Of a DNA stretch of 64,000 nt, positions 28,518 through 37,987 are shown one piece after another. The DNA comes from Anaerolineales bacterium (GTDB taxonomy: Bacteria; Chloroflexota; Anaerolineae; Anaerolineales; UBA11579): contig JAHBVB010000001.1 of NCBI GenBank assembly GCA_019637805.1, forward strand, positions 969,875 to 1,033,874, read 5' to 3'. Under the pieces are notes generated by a model. The model was given only the letters and a program-made list of their open reading frames with translations, was not told the DNA's origin and searched no databases. The number at the start of each line of letters is the position of its first letter. Position 1 is the first letter of the stretch. Position numbers and translations under genes: made by a program.

Positions 28518-30425
28518 ATGAAGAAGGAATTTTCCCTGGCTTTTAACGAAGTCCTGGATGATAAGCAGTTGCCGCGTGAGGTCATTGTGCAAGCAGTGCA
28601 AGATGCCCTCATTCAGGCCTATCGCAAGACGGTCAATGCTTCGCAGGCCCAATTGGTGCAGGCCAGCATCGATGACACCACCGGTGAAGTCAAGATCTTT
28701 GCCGAGAAGGAAGTGGTGGAAGATGTGATGGATGAACGCACCGAGGTACTGCTGGACGTGGCTCGCAAATACGACCCCAACGCCGAATTGGGCGACATCG
28801 TCGTGGTGGAGAGCACCCCGGAGAACTTCGGCCGCGTGGCGGCCCAAACCGCCCGCCAAATGATCCAGCAGCGCATCCGCGAGGCGGAGCGTGAGGCGCA
28901 GAAGGAATACTTCTCGCACCTCACCGGTGAGATCGTCAACGGTATTGTCCAGGCGGCCAACCCGCACATGATCACCCTGGCGCTGGACCGCAAGGCCGAG
29001 GGCAAGATGCCGCGCGGCCAGCAGATCCCCGGCGAGCGTTTCCGCGTGCACGACCGCGTGCGCGCCCTGCTGCTGGAGATCAAGGACACCACCCGCGGGC
29101 CGGAGATCATCCTCTCGCGTGCCCATCGCGATTTCCTGCGCCGCCTGCTGGAAGATGAAGTGCCTGAGATCTATCAGGGCCTGGTGGAGATCCGTTCCAT
29201 CGCCCGCGAACCCGGCTACCGTTCCAAAGTAGCCGTCTCCGCGCTGCAGTCCGGCATTGACCCGGTGGGCGCCTGCGTCGGCATCCGCGGTGTGCGCATC
29301 CAAGCCATCGTACGTGAACTTCACGACGAGAAGATCGACGTGATTGAGTGGAACACCGACCCGGCCCAGTTCATCGCCAAGGCGCTCAGCCCGGCGCGTG
29401 TGGCCGGCGTTTACCTGGACGAAGCCGTGGACGGCAACAAGACCGCCACGGTGGTGGTGCCGGAAGACCAGCTGAGCCTGGCCATCGGCCGCGACGGGCA
29501 GAACGCCCGCCTGGCCGCCAAGCTGACCGGCTGGCGCATTGATATCAAGAGCCTGACCGAGGCCGCCGCTGATGCCCTGCATCAGGCGCAGGCCAACGCC
29601 AAGTTCGCCAAAGAACATGCTGATTGGGTCGAGCTCCTGCCGCAGATCGAAATGATCCTGGCTAAGAAGTCCGAAGGCCGCCCGATCACACCCGAAGAGT
29701 ACACGCTGCTCAGCCGCTTTGTGGAACGCTTGGAGCGCGGGGAACAGGACCGCCGCGAGGCCATTCTGGATGCCCAACGCGAAGAGCGCGCCGCCATTGA
29801 GGCGCAGTTGCCCAAGGCGGCCTTCTCCATCCCGTTGGAAGAACTGGGCTTGGCGCCCAGCCTGGCGATGAAGATCAGCGGCGACGGCTTCTCCACCATT
29901 GGCGATCTGCTGCTGCAGCTCAAGCTGGATAGCAGCCTGATCCAGCAGATCGAGGGCGTTGGCCCGGTGGCCATTGCCAGCATCCAGGAAAAGCTGGACG
30001 CCTTTGTTTTCCCCGAGCCCGAGCCGGAACCCGAGCCTGAACCGGCCCCTGAACCGCAGGCTGAGGCCCCGGCTGAGCCGGAGGCCGTGCTGGTCGAGCA
30101 GCCCGAAGCGACTGCCCGTGTGGCGGAAGAGTACGAAGAGGACGAGAAACCGGTCGAACTGACCGAAGAAGACGAGAAGCTGTTGGCCCAGATGCAAGGC
30201 GGCCAGGCTCCCGAAGCCCAAGTGCCGGCGCTTTCTGTGGATGAGGTCTTTGCTCGCACCGAAGAGCAGTTGCTGGGCAAGGCCAAGGTTGCCAAAGGTG
30301 CCGCCCCAGCTGAGCCTGACAAGAAAAAGAAGGCCAAGAAAAAGAAGTACCGCGAATTGGACTACGATCCGGATGAGGACGTCACCTATACGCCTCGCCG
30401 GGACGAATGGGAAGACCTGGCTTGA
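28518..30425 (+). CDS. nusA: Transcription termination/antitermination factor NusA with a long acidic/basic C-terminal extension
   Basis: ATG 28518 follows AAGGAG. N-terminal domain, S1 and two KH domains ('[18 protein letters not shown]', '[23 protein letters not shown]'). An HhH-like segment is followed by [15 protein letters not shown] and KKKKAKKKK tracts. Confidence 0.95.
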   Translation: MKKEFSLAFNEVLDDKQLPREVIVQAVQDALIQAYRKTVNASQAQLVQASIDDTTGEVKIFAEKEVVEDVMDERTEVLLDVARKYDPNAELGDIVVVESTPENFGRVAAQTARQMIQQRIREAEREAQKEYFSHLTGEIVNGIVQAANPHMITLALDRKAEGKMPRGQQIPGERFRVHDRVRALLLEIKDTTRGPEIILSRAHRDFLRRLLEDEVPEIYQGLVEIRSIAREPGYRSKVAVSALQSGIDPVGACVGIRGVRIQAIVRELHDEKIDVIEWNTDPAQFIAKALSPARVAGVYLDEAVDGNKTATVVVPEDQLSLAIGRDGQNARLAAKLTGWRIDIKSLTEAAADALHQAQANAKFAKEHADWVELLPQIEMILAKKSEGRPITPEEYTLLSRFVERLERGEQDRREAILDAQREERAAIEAQLPKAAFSIPLEELGLAPSLAMKISGDGFSTIGDLLLQLKLDSSLIQQIEGVGPVAIASIQEKLDAFVFPEPEPEPEPEPAPEPQAEAPAEPEAVLVEQPEATARVAEEYEEDEKPVELTEEDEKLLAQMQGGQAPEAQVPALSVDEVFARTEEQLLGKAKVAKGAAPAEPDKKKKAKKKKYRELDYDPDEDVTYTPRRDEWEDLA

Positions 30426-30482
30426 GCTTAGCGTTCTGGGATGGCCGCTTTGGCGGCCATCCCAGCCGCCCAGCTAGTGATC

Positions 30483-30773
30483 ATGGCGAAAGCGAAACAG
30501 CCTCCCCGCCGAGCCAAGCATGTTCCGCAGCGCACTTGTGTGGCCTGCCGGGCAGTTGAGGCCAAAGCCGGCTTAGTGCGCCTGGTGCGCACGCCTGAAG
30601 GTGTCTTTGTCGACGCCCGGGGCAAGCAGCCTGGCCGCGGCGCCTACCTGCACCTGCAGGAAGCTTGCTGGCAACGCGGTTTGAGCGGCGCCTTGGATAA
30701 GGCCCTGCGCACCAGCTTGAACGAGGCTGACCGCGCCCGCCTGACGGAATTCTTCGCCCAGGCTGCCCCGTAA
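30483..30773 (+). CDS. ylxR: YlxR/RnpM family (DUF448) RNA-binding protein
   Basis: 'PQRTCVACR' and 'GRGAYLH'; conserved position between nusA and infB. Confidence 0.85.
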   Translation: MAKAKQPPRRAKHVPQRTCVACRAVEAKAGLVRLVRTPEGVFVDARGKQPGRGAYLHLQEACWQRGLSGALDKALRTSLNEADRARLTEFFAQAAP

Positions 30774-30883
30774 GAGCCCCTTGCTGCTCTTAAGTCGCAT
30801 TTTTGTATGAACCTGCCCTCGGTTCCAAACTAAGCTTGGTAAAATCTTAGCTTAGGGGATCAGGGGAGAAGGATTGGTGTTTT

Positions 30884-32701
30884 ATGGCTGAGAACCTTAC
30901 TGACAAAGAAATAAAAACGATTGAACTGCCGGGCAGCCTGACGGTACGTGAATTGGCTGACACCCTGCAAGCCAGCCCCATTCAGATCATCAAAACCCTC
31001 ATGTCCAACGGCGTGATGGCCAATATCAACCAGCAGATCGACTTTGATACCGCAGCCATTGTGGCTTCGGAACTGGGCTTTGAGGCCACGATGCAGCAGT
31101 TGGACCAGCTGGAAGGTCAGGACAATACGGGCGAAGTGCCCCTGTGGCGCCAACTGATCGCCAACGAAGACAAGAGCAGCCTGAAGCCGCGTGCGCCGGT
31201 GGTCACCATTCTGGGCCACGTCGACCACGGCAAAACCACCCTGCTGGACGCCATCCGCCAGACCTCCGTGGTCAGTCAAGAGGCAGGCGGCATTACCCAG
31301 CACATTGGCGCCTACCAGGCGACCCACAAAGACCGCCTGATCACGTTCTTGGATACCCCCGGCCATGCCGCCTTTACCGCCATGCGCTCACGCGGCGCCC
31401 AGGGCGCCGACGTGGTGGTGCTGGTGGTGGCCGCCGATGACGGCGTGATGCCCCAGACCAAAGAAGCGCTGGCGCATGCCCGCGCCGCCCGTGTGCCGAT
31501 CGTGGTCGCCATGACCAAAATCGACCGGCCGAATGCCAACGCGGAGCGCGTCAAGCAGCAGCTGGCCGAGAACGGCCTGATCCCTGACGATTGGGACGGC
31601 GACACGATCGTGGTGCCTGTCTCCGCCAAGGAGAAGGTCGGCCTGCAGGACCTGCTGGAGGCCATCCAACTGGTGGCCGACAATACTGAGATTTTGGCCA
31701 ACCCCGCCGGCGAGGTCTTCGGCACCGTCATCGAATCCGAGCGCGACCCCTCGCGCGGCGTGATCGCCACGCTGCTGGTGCAAAACGGCACCCTCAAGCT
31801 GGGTGATATTGTGGTGGTGGGCCAGGCCTATGGCCGCCTGCGCGCCATGTTCGACTTCGCCGGTCAAAAGCTGGAAGAAGCCGGTCCGTCTACGCCCATC
31901 TCCGTCTTGGGCCTTAATGAAGTCCCTGCGGCGGGCGAGCCCTTCCGCACAGTGGACGCTGAGCGCGAGGCGCGCACCCTGGTGAGCGAACGTGCCGAGA
32001 AGGAGAAACAGGACAAGGGCCAGGCCGGCGGTTCGCTGACCCTGGAGAGCATGTTCGCCGCTTACCAGGCGGGCAAAGTGCGCGAGCTGCGACTGGTGAT
32101 CAAGGCCGACGTACAGGGCTCCCTGGAGCCGATCGTGTCCTCGCTGGAGCAAATGAAGGCGGATGACAAAGTCGGTCAGATCGGTGTGCACGTGCTGCAC
32201 ACCGGCACCGGCCACATCAGCGAGAGCGATGTTGCCCTGGCGGCCGCTTCCAAGGCGATCGTGATGGGCTTCAATGTAGAAGCTGATGCGGCGGTGAAGC
32301 GCCAGGCTGAGGCCGAAGGCGTCTCCATCCGCCTCTACGACATTATCTACCGCATGACCGAAGACGTGGAAATGGCGTTGAAGGGCATGCTGGAGCCGGA
32401 ACTCAAGGAGCGCCTGCTGGGCAAGGCTGTGGTGCAGCAGGTCTTCAAGATCAGCCGTTTCGGCAAGATCGCCGGCTGCCGCGTGACCGAAGGCGAACTG
32501 CGCCGTGGGGCGCTGGTGCGCATCGTACGCGACGACAAGGTCATCTTCGATGGCGAGCTCTCCTCCCTCAAACACGAAAAGGACGATGTCAAAGAAGTGC
32601 GTGAGGGATTTGACTGCGGCATTAATCTCAAAGAATTTGATGACTTCAAAGAGGGCGACATCATCCAGTGTTACATTCGTGAACTGGTTGCCGTGCAGTA
32701 A
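30884..32701 (+). CDS. infB: Translation initiation factor IF-2 (short form)
   Basis: G-domain '[12 protein letters not shown]', 'DTPGHAAF' and 'TKIDRP'; 605 aa. Confidence 0.96.
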   Translation: MAENLTDKEIKTIELPGSLTVRELADTLQASPIQIIKTLMSNGVMANINQQIDFDTAAIVASELGFEATMQQLDQLEGQDNTGEVPLWRQLIANEDKSSLKPRAPVVTILGHVDHGKTTLLDAIRQTSVVSQEAGGITQHIGAYQATHKDRLITFLDTPGHAAFTAMRSRGAQGADVVVLVVAADDGVMPQTKEALAHARAARVPIVVAMTKIDRPNANAERVKQQLAENGLIPDDWDGDTIVVPVSAKEKVGLQDLLEAIQLVADNTEILANPAGEVFGTVIESERDPSRGVIATLLVQNGTLKLGDIVVVGQAYGRLRAMFDFAGQKLEEAGPSTPISVLGLNEVPAAGEPFRTVDAEREARTLVSERAEKEKQDKGQAGGSLTLESMFAAYQAGKVRELRLVIKADVQGSLEPIVSSLEQMKADDKVGQIGVHVLHTGTGHISESDVALAAASKAIVMGFNVEADAAVKRQAEAEGVSIRLYDIIYRMTEDVEMALKGMLEPELKERLLGKAVVQQVFKISRFGKIAGCRVTEGELRRGALVRIVRDDKVIFDGELSSLKHEKDDVKEVREGFDCGINLKEFDDFKEGDIIQCYIRELVAVQ

Positions 32702-32741
32702 CGGCTTTTGACGTTGCTCGTTTAGTCATTACAGGGTTGCT

Positions 32742-33110
32742 ATGGTTTCACAATCTCGAGCTGCTCGTATTGCCAAAGGGATTCAGGAAATGCTCGCGGA
32801 GATGTTGCTCTTCGAGGTGACTGACCCGCGCCTGCAGGGCGTCTTCATCACGGATGTGCGTGTAGACCGTGAGCTTAGCCAGGCCAATGTCTTTGTTTCT
32901 GCGTTGGAAGGCGTGGAGCGTAGCCAGGAGATTTTGGCTGGCTTGCAGCACGCCTCCGGTTTCCTGCGCACACAGTTAGCCAGGCGCAGCGACCTGCGCG
33001 TCTTCCCCCGCCTGCGCTTTGTCTGGGACCCTACGCCCGAAAACGCAGAGCGCATTGAGAGCTTGATCGCCACCCTCAACAAGGATAGCGACACGGATAA
33101 GAATGGATAG
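32742..33110 (+). CDS. rbfA: Ribosome-binding factor A
   Basis: 122 aa; 'DPRL..VFITDVRVDRELSQANVFVS', and its position after infB. Confidence 0.9.
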   Translation: MVSQSRAARIAKGIQEMLAEMLLFEVTDPRLQGVFITDVRVDRELSQANVFVSALEGVERSQEILAGLQHASGFLRTQLARRSDLRVFPRLRFVWDPTPENAERIESLIATLNKDSDTDKNG

Positions 33111-34065
33111 ATCACTGCTGGATCAGGCGCGCCAGCGTCTGCACGACGCGCAGAGCTTCCTGGTCGTTTCGCATGTGCGCCCGGATGGCGATGCGATCTG
33201 TTCTGTCCTGGGCCTGGGCCTGGCATTGCAGGCGGCGGGCAAGCAGGTGCAAATGGTGCTGAGCGACGGCTTACCGGAAGGCTTTGACCATTTGCCCGGC
33301 GTGCAGCAGATCGCGCGCGCCGCGCAAGGCCCGGTGGACCTGGTGATCACGGTGGACGCCGCCGCCCAGGAGCGCACTGGCGAAGCCCTGCGCCAGCACC
33401 CCCAAGTACATCTGAATATTGACCACCACATTACCAATACGCTGTTTGGCGAACTGAACCTGATCGACCCCGACTCCGTGGCCACCTGCGCCATGCTCGC
33501 CGAGCATCTGCCCGCCCTGGGGCTGGACTTCGCCCCGGGCGTGCCCGAAGCGCTTTTGACCGGCATCCTCACCGATACCATCGGCTTCCACACCTCTAAC
33601 ATGAATCCCCAGGCCCTGCGCATTGCCGCCGACCTGGTGGAGCGCGGCGCCGACCTGCCGGAGCTGTACGAGCGCGCCCTGCTGCGCCGCTCCTTTGAAG
33701 CCCTGCGCTATTGGGGTGCCGGGCTCAGCAGCTTGCAGCGCGAGGGCGAACTGGTCTGGGCCAGCCTGACCCTGGCGGACCGCCAGGCGGCGGGCTACCC
33801 GGCCAACGATGATGCTGAGTTGGTCAACAACATCGCTTTTGTCGAGGGCGCCGCGGTGGTGGTGCTCTTTGTGGAGCAGCACGACAACCAGGTCAAGATG
33901 AGCTGGCGCAGCCGGGGCGCGATTGATGTCTCGCGTATTGCTGCCCAGTTTGGCGGCGGCGGCCATCTAGCCGCGGCTGGTGCCAACCTTTCCGGCAGCC
34001 TGGCGCAAGTACAGGAACAGGTCTTGCAGGCCACCCGAGCGGCCCTGCAAGCGGTTGCAGTATAA
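33103..34065 (+). CDS. nrnA: DHH/DHHA1 phosphoesterase (NrnA-like oligoribonuclease / pAp phosphatase)
   Basis: 8-nt overlap with rbfA. 'VVSHVRPDGDAICS', 'NIDHHITN' and 'FGGGGHLAAAG'. Confidence 0.85.
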   Translation: MDRSLLDQARQRLHDAQSFLVVSHVRPDGDAICSVLGLGLALQAAGKQVQMVLSDGLPEGFDHLPGVQQIARAAQGPVDLVITVDAAAQERTGEALRQHPQVHLNIDHHITNTLFGELNLIDPDSVATCAMLAEHLPALGLDFAPGVPEALLTGILTDTIGFHTSNMNPQALRIAADLVERGADLPELYERALLRRSFEALRYWGAGLSSLQREGELVWASLTLADRQAAGYPANDDAELVNNIAFVEGAAVVVLFVEQHDNQVKMSWRSRGAIDVSRIAAQFGGGGHLAAAGANLSGSLAQVQEQVLQATRAALQAVAV

Positions 34066-34095
34066 AAACAATAAAGGATAAAGGACGACCTTTAG

Positions 34096-35040
34096 ATGCA
34101 AAACAACTTTCAGTACACTTCCGGGGGCGGCCGCGGGGAGCCGGGGCAAAACGACGTGAGCAACCTGGTTTCGGGAGTGCTGGTGGTGGATAAGCCCATT
34201 GGGCTGACCTCGCACGATGTGGTGCAGATCATCCGCCGCGGCACCGGCATCCGCCGCGCCGGCCATACCGGCACGCTGGACCCGCGTGCCTCCGGCGTGC
34301 TGGTGGTGCTGATGGGCCCGGCGGTGCGCTTGAGCGAGTTCGTCTCGGCAGAAGACAAGCGCTACCAGGCCACCATCCGCCTGGGCTCCTCAACCGACAC
34401 CTATGATGCGGAGGGCGCCTTTACCAGCCCGGAAGTGCCGGTGGACATCGAGCGCGAGGAGTTCACCAAGCTGCTGGAACAATTCACCGGCGAGATCGAG
34501 CAGACCCCGCCGGCCTATTCCGCCGTGCGCGTGCAGGGCCAGCGGGCCTACGACATGGCCCGCCGCGGCGAAGACGTGGAACTGCCGCCGCGCATCATCC
34601 AGGTGCACAGCCTGGAGCTGCTGGAATGGGCTTTGCCTGAGGTGGTGGTGGATGTGCACTGCTCGTCCGGCACCTACATCCGCTCGCTGGCCAACGACAT
34701 CGGCGAGAAGCTGGGCACCGGCGCCCACTTGGTGGGCTTGCGCCGCACGCGCAGCGGCCGCTTCACTTTGCGTGACGCGGTCTCCCTGCGCCGCCTGCGG
34801 GAAGCTTTCGAGACCGGCAGTTGGGCGCAATATCTGATCCCCGCGGCCGAAGCGTTGGCTGACTGGCCGGCGGTAGAGCTGGACGCCGAGATGCTGGAGA
34901 AGGTGCGCAACGGCCACCGCATTCCTGCCGCGGCCGAGGCCACCGGCCTGGCCCGTGCCGTCAGCGAGCAGGGCGATCTGGTCGCCGTGATCGAAGTGGA
35001 CGGCGCGGAGTGGCAGCCGCGCAAAGTCTTCATGTCCTAG
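34096..35040 (+). CDS. truB: tRNA pseudouridine(55) synthase
   Basis: 'VVDKPIGLTSHDVV' and 'GHTGTLDPRASGVLVV'. Confidence 0.92.
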   Translation: MQNNFQYTSGGGRGEPGQNDVSNLVSGVLVVDKPIGLTSHDVVQIIRRGTGIRRAGHTGTLDPRASGVLVVLMGPAVRLSEFVSAEDKRYQATIRLGSSTDTYDAEGAFTSPEVPVDIEREEFTKLLEQFTGEIEQTPPAYSAVRVQGQRAYDMARRGEDVELPPRIIQVHSLELLEWALPEVVVDVHCSSGTYIRSLANDIGEKLGTGAHLVGLRRTRSGRFTLRDAVSLRRLREAFETGSWAQYLIPAAEALADWPAVELDAEMLEKVRNGHRIPAAAEATGLARAVSEQGDLVAVIEVDGAEWQPRKVFMS

Positions 35041-35049
35041 GAGGCCTGC

Positions 35050-35979
35050 ATGCAGCACTTCGCCTCGCTGCAAGCCGCCCACATTCAAAATGCCTGGCTG
35101 ACCATCGGCGCCTTTGACGGCGTGCACCTTGGTCACCAGCAGATCCTCAAGCAACTGACTGCCGGAGCGCACGCCAAGGGCGCCCCGGCAGTTGTGCTTA
35201 CCTTTGACCCCCACCCTGAAGAAGTGCTGCGCGGCCCGCGCAGCCGTTTTTATTTGAATACGCCGCAGCAGCAAGCCGAGCAGTTGGCCGCCCTGGGCGT
35301 GGATGTGTTGGTGCGTCACCCTTTCAACCGTGAAACTGCGGCCACCAGCGCCCGCGATTTTGTGCAGCTGCTGAAAGAGCACCTGGGCCTGGAAGAGCTC
35401 TGGGTGGGGCACGACTTTGCCCTGGGGCGTAACCGCGAAGGCGACTTTGCTGCCCTGCAAACTTTGGGCGCTGAACTGGGCTTCAGCCTGCACCCTGTGC
35501 CCGCGCTGGAGCTGGATGGCGCGCCGGTCTCGTCCTCGCGCATCCGCGGCCTGATCGCCGAGGGCGATGTGGCCGCAGCGGCGCGGCTGCTGGGCCGGCC
35601 CTTTGCCCTGGCGGGCGAAGTGGTCGCCGGCGCGCAGCGCGGCCGCAGCATCGGCATCCCCACCGCCAACGTGGCGGTGGATGACAAGCTGGCCCTGCCT
35701 GCCAACGGGGTCTATGTCACCCGGGCGCGTCTCGGTGGGCAGGCATGGGGCGCGGTGACCAACATTGGCCTACGCCCCACCTTCGAAGACGGTACCCTGG
35801 CTTCGGTGGTCGAGGCGCACCTGCTGGACTATGCCGGTGGTGAGTTCTACGGCCAGCAGCTGCAGCTGGACTTCTTCGCCCGCTTGCGCGCCGAGCAGCG
35901 CTTCGAGGGCGTGGAGGCGCTGCTGGCCCAGATTCAGCGTGACATCGCCGCCGCGCGTGAGCTGCTGACCAACCACTAA
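35050..35979 (+). CDS. ribF: Bifunctional riboflavin kinase / FMN adenylyltransferase
   Basis: RBS AGGAGG. 'GAFDGVHLGHQ', 'SSSRIR' and 'GIPTANV'. Confidence 0.93.
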   Translation: MQHFASLQAAHIQNAWLTIGAFDGVHLGHQQILKQLTAGAHAKGAPAVVLTFDPHPEEVLRGPRSRFYLNTPQQQAEQLAALGVDVLVRHPFNRETAATSARDFVQLLKEHLGLEELWVGHDFALGRNREGDFAALQTLGAELGFSLHPVPALELDGAPVSSSRIRGLIAEGDVAAAARLLGRPFALAGEVVAGAQRGRSIGIPTANVAVDDKLALPANGVYVTRARLGGQAWGAVTNIGLRPTFEDGTLASVVEAHLLDYAGGEFYGQQLQLDFFARLRAEQRFEGVEALLAQIQRDIAAARELLTNH

Positions 35980-35985
35980 CCTGTC

Positions 35986-36069
35986 ATTGCGAGGAGTACT
36001 TGCGCAGCAAGTACGACGAAGCAATCTCCGACAACGAATCGGGGATTGCTTCAGCAGCCTGCGGCTGCT
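35986..36069 (+). repeat. Cluster of three REP-like hairpins in the ribF-thyA spacer
   Basis: H1 is ATTGC..GTACTTGC gca GCAAGTAC..GCAAT (35986-36025). H2 is GAAGCAATCTCCGA caacgaa TCGGGGATTGCTTC (36018-36052). H3 is AGCAGCC tgc GGCTGCT (36053-36069). H1 and H2 share 36018-36025 and so are mutually exclusive. Confidence 0.4.
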
Positions 36070-36126
36070 TCGCAAGACGTTTGGAGATTCGTGAAGATGG
36101 AAAATTCCGTATAATCGTATAGACCT

Positions 36127-36921
36127 ATGCAAAGCTACCTCGACCTGATGCGTGAAGTATTGGAAGACGGCGCCGAAAAAGGCGACCGTACCGGCACTGG
36201 CACGCGCTCCGTCTTTGGCCGCCAACTCCGTTTCGATCTGGCGGCGGGCTTCCCCCTGCTGACCACCAAGAAACTGCACCTCAAATCGATCATCTACGAA
36301 CTGCTCTGGTTCCTGCGCGGCGAGAGCAACATTGCCTACCTCAAAGAGCACGGCGTGCGCATTTGGGACGAGTGGGCCGACGCCCAGGGCGAGTTAGGAC
36401 CGGTGTACGGCGTGCAGTGGCGCAGCTGGCCCGCCGCCGACGGTGAAGTGGTGGACCAGATCGCCCAGGTGGTCGAGCAGATCCGCCGCAACCCCAACTC
36501 ACGGCGCCTGATGGTCAGCGCCTGGAACGTGGGCCAGTTGGAGCAGATGGCCCTGCCACCCTGCCACCTGCTCTTCCAGTTCTATGTCGCTGAAGGCAAG
36601 CTTTCTTGTCAGATGTATCAGCGCTCAGCGGACATTTTTCTCGGCCTGCCCTTCAACATCGCTTCGTACGCCTTGCTGACCCTGATGATGGCCCAGGTCT
36701 GCGACCTGCAACCGGGTGAGCTGGTGATCAGCCTGGGCGACTGTCATTTGTACAGCAATCATTTCGAGCAGGCCGGCTTGCAGCTGAGCCGCCAGCCCTA
36801 TGCTCTGCCGCGTATGCAGCTCAATCCGGAAATCCGCTCCATCTTCGACTTCGACTACAGCGACTTTACGTTATTGGATTACCAGGCCCACCCGCACATC
36901 AAAGCGCCGGTGGCCGTCTGA
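36127..36921 (+). CDS. thyA: Thymidylate synthase
   Basis: '[15 protein letters not shown]', '[19 protein letters not shown]' and '[12 protein letters not shown]'. Confidence 0.97.
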   Translation: MQSYLDLMREVLEDGAEKGDRTGTGTRSVFGRQLRFDLAAGFPLLTTKKLHLKSIIYELLWFLRGESNIAYLKEHGVRIWDEWADAQGELGPVYGVQWRSWPAADGEVVDQIAQVVEQIRRNPNSRRLMVSAWNVGQLEQMALPPCHLLFQFYVAEGKLSCQMYQRSADIFLGLPFNIASYALLTLMMAQVCDLQPGELVISLGDCHLYSNHFEQAGLQLSRQPYALPRMQLNPEIRSIFDFDYSDFTLLDYQAHPHIKAPVAV

Positions 36922-37409
36922 TGCGGATTTCCCTGGTGGTTGCCATGGACCGCCGCGGCGGCATCGGCCTGCGCGGCGGCATGCCCTGGCACCTGGGCGA
37001 CGACCTGCGCCACTTCCGCCGCCTGACCATGGGCCATCATCTGCTGATGGGCCGGGTGACCTATGAGGCCACGGCGGGCAAGCTCCCCGGCCGGGATCTG
37101 ATCGTGCTCTCGCGTGACGCGGGCTTCCAGCCGGCGGATGCGCAGGTGGCCGGCTCGCTGGCCGCCGGCATCCAGCTGGCCGAGGCCGCCGGCGAAGAGG
37201 AGCTCTTCGTCATCGGCGGCGGGCAGGTTTTCGCCGAGGCGCTGCCGCTGGCGGGCCGCCTGTATCTGACCCGCGTCCACGCCGAGGTCGAGGCCGACAC
37301 CTTCTTCCCCGCCTTCGACGAATCCGACTGGCGGCTGATCTCGCAGCGCGATTACGCGGCGAGCGAACGCAATGATTTCGATTTCAGCTTGATGGTGTTG
37401 GAACGGTAG
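36921..37409 (+). CDS. folA: Dihydrofolate reductase
   Basis: TGATG junction with thyA. 'IGLRGGMPWHLGDDLRHFRRLT' and 'VIGGGQVF'. Confidence 0.93.
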   Translation: MRISLVVAMDRRGGIGLRGGMPWHLGDDLRHFRRLTMGHHLLMGRVTYEATAGKLPGRDLIVLSRDAGFQPADAQVAGSLAAGIQLAEAAGEEELFVIGGGQVFAEALPLAGRLYLTRVHAEVEADTFFPAFDESDWRLISQRDYAASERNDFDFSLMVLER

Positions 37410-37987
37410 ACGAAGCTCGTCCTTGGGGAACATGCACAAACTCAATCGCCGTTCCATCAGGTTGCCAAATTATGATTACAGCCAAACAGGCGCGTATTTT
37501 GTGACCATTTGTGTGCATGGGAAAGAGCACCGATTGGGTGAAGTCATAAACAATGAAATGCGATTGAGCCCATTGGGTCTGGTCGCTGAGAAGCAATGGA
37601 TTGAGTTGGGTGATCGGTATGCCAGTATTGCGGTACCAGTATTTTGCGTGATGCCCAATCATATGCATGCGGTCATAGTAATTGCTGACAGCAGTGAGGA
37701 GCAGAGCCGTGGTAGTAGGGGCGGGGTTACCCCGCCCCTACGCAAACACACCTTGGGTCAGATGGTGGCTTATTATAAATATGCGACCACGAAAGCAATC
37801 AACCAACTGCAAAATACTCCTGGTATACGTTTCTGGCAACGCAACTACTACGAACGTGTCGTCCGAAGCGAACGTGAATTTGAGGCCGTGGCCAAATATA
37901 TCCAAGCCAACCCCCTGAATTGGGAACGGGATGAATATCGATAAGGCGGTGGAGAACCGTTACTCGGTGTAGCCGAGTAGGTTCTCC
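37406..37987 (+). mobile_element. RayT unit with flanking GTAG-bearing hairpins
   Basis: 5' flank: GTAG (37406-37409) plus GACGA agc TCGTC (37409-37421). 3' flank: a 15-bp hairpin at 37951-37987 carrying GTAG at 37969-37972 and 37977-37980. No IS200-type terminal structures were recognised beyond these. Confidence 0.45.
37432..37944 (+). CDS. REP-associated tyrosine transposase (RayT / IS200-like Y1 HUH transposase)
   Basis: 'YFVTICV', HUH-type 'MPNHMHAVIV', 'WQRNYYERVVRS' (catalytic Tyr region). Clearly lower GC than its neighbours. The ATG at 37432 is preferred over the TTG at 37423. Confidence 0.85.
   Translation: MHKLNRRSIRLPNYDYSQTGAYFVTICVHGKEHRLGEVINNEMRLSPLGLVAEKQWIELGDRYASIAVPVFCVMPNHMHAVIVIADSSEEQSRGSRGGVTPPLRKHTLGQMVAYYKYATTKAINQLQNTPGIRFWQRNYYERVVRSEREFEAVAKYIQANPLNWERDEYR

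Noticed and set aside
30000-30065. GAGCC(C/G)GA(A/G)CC-type tandem periodicity, considered as a DNA tandem repeat or CRISPR-like array
   Set aside because: It is the in-frame coding sequence for the PEPEPEPEP linker of NusA. There is no spacer/repeat organisation.
35986-36069. Three-hairpin cluster, considered as a tRNA or tRNA-like gene
   Set aside because: There is no acceptor stem, no GTTCGAATC-type T-loop (the loop is CAACGAA) and no anticodon-arm geometry. It fits a REP-like palindrome cluster better.
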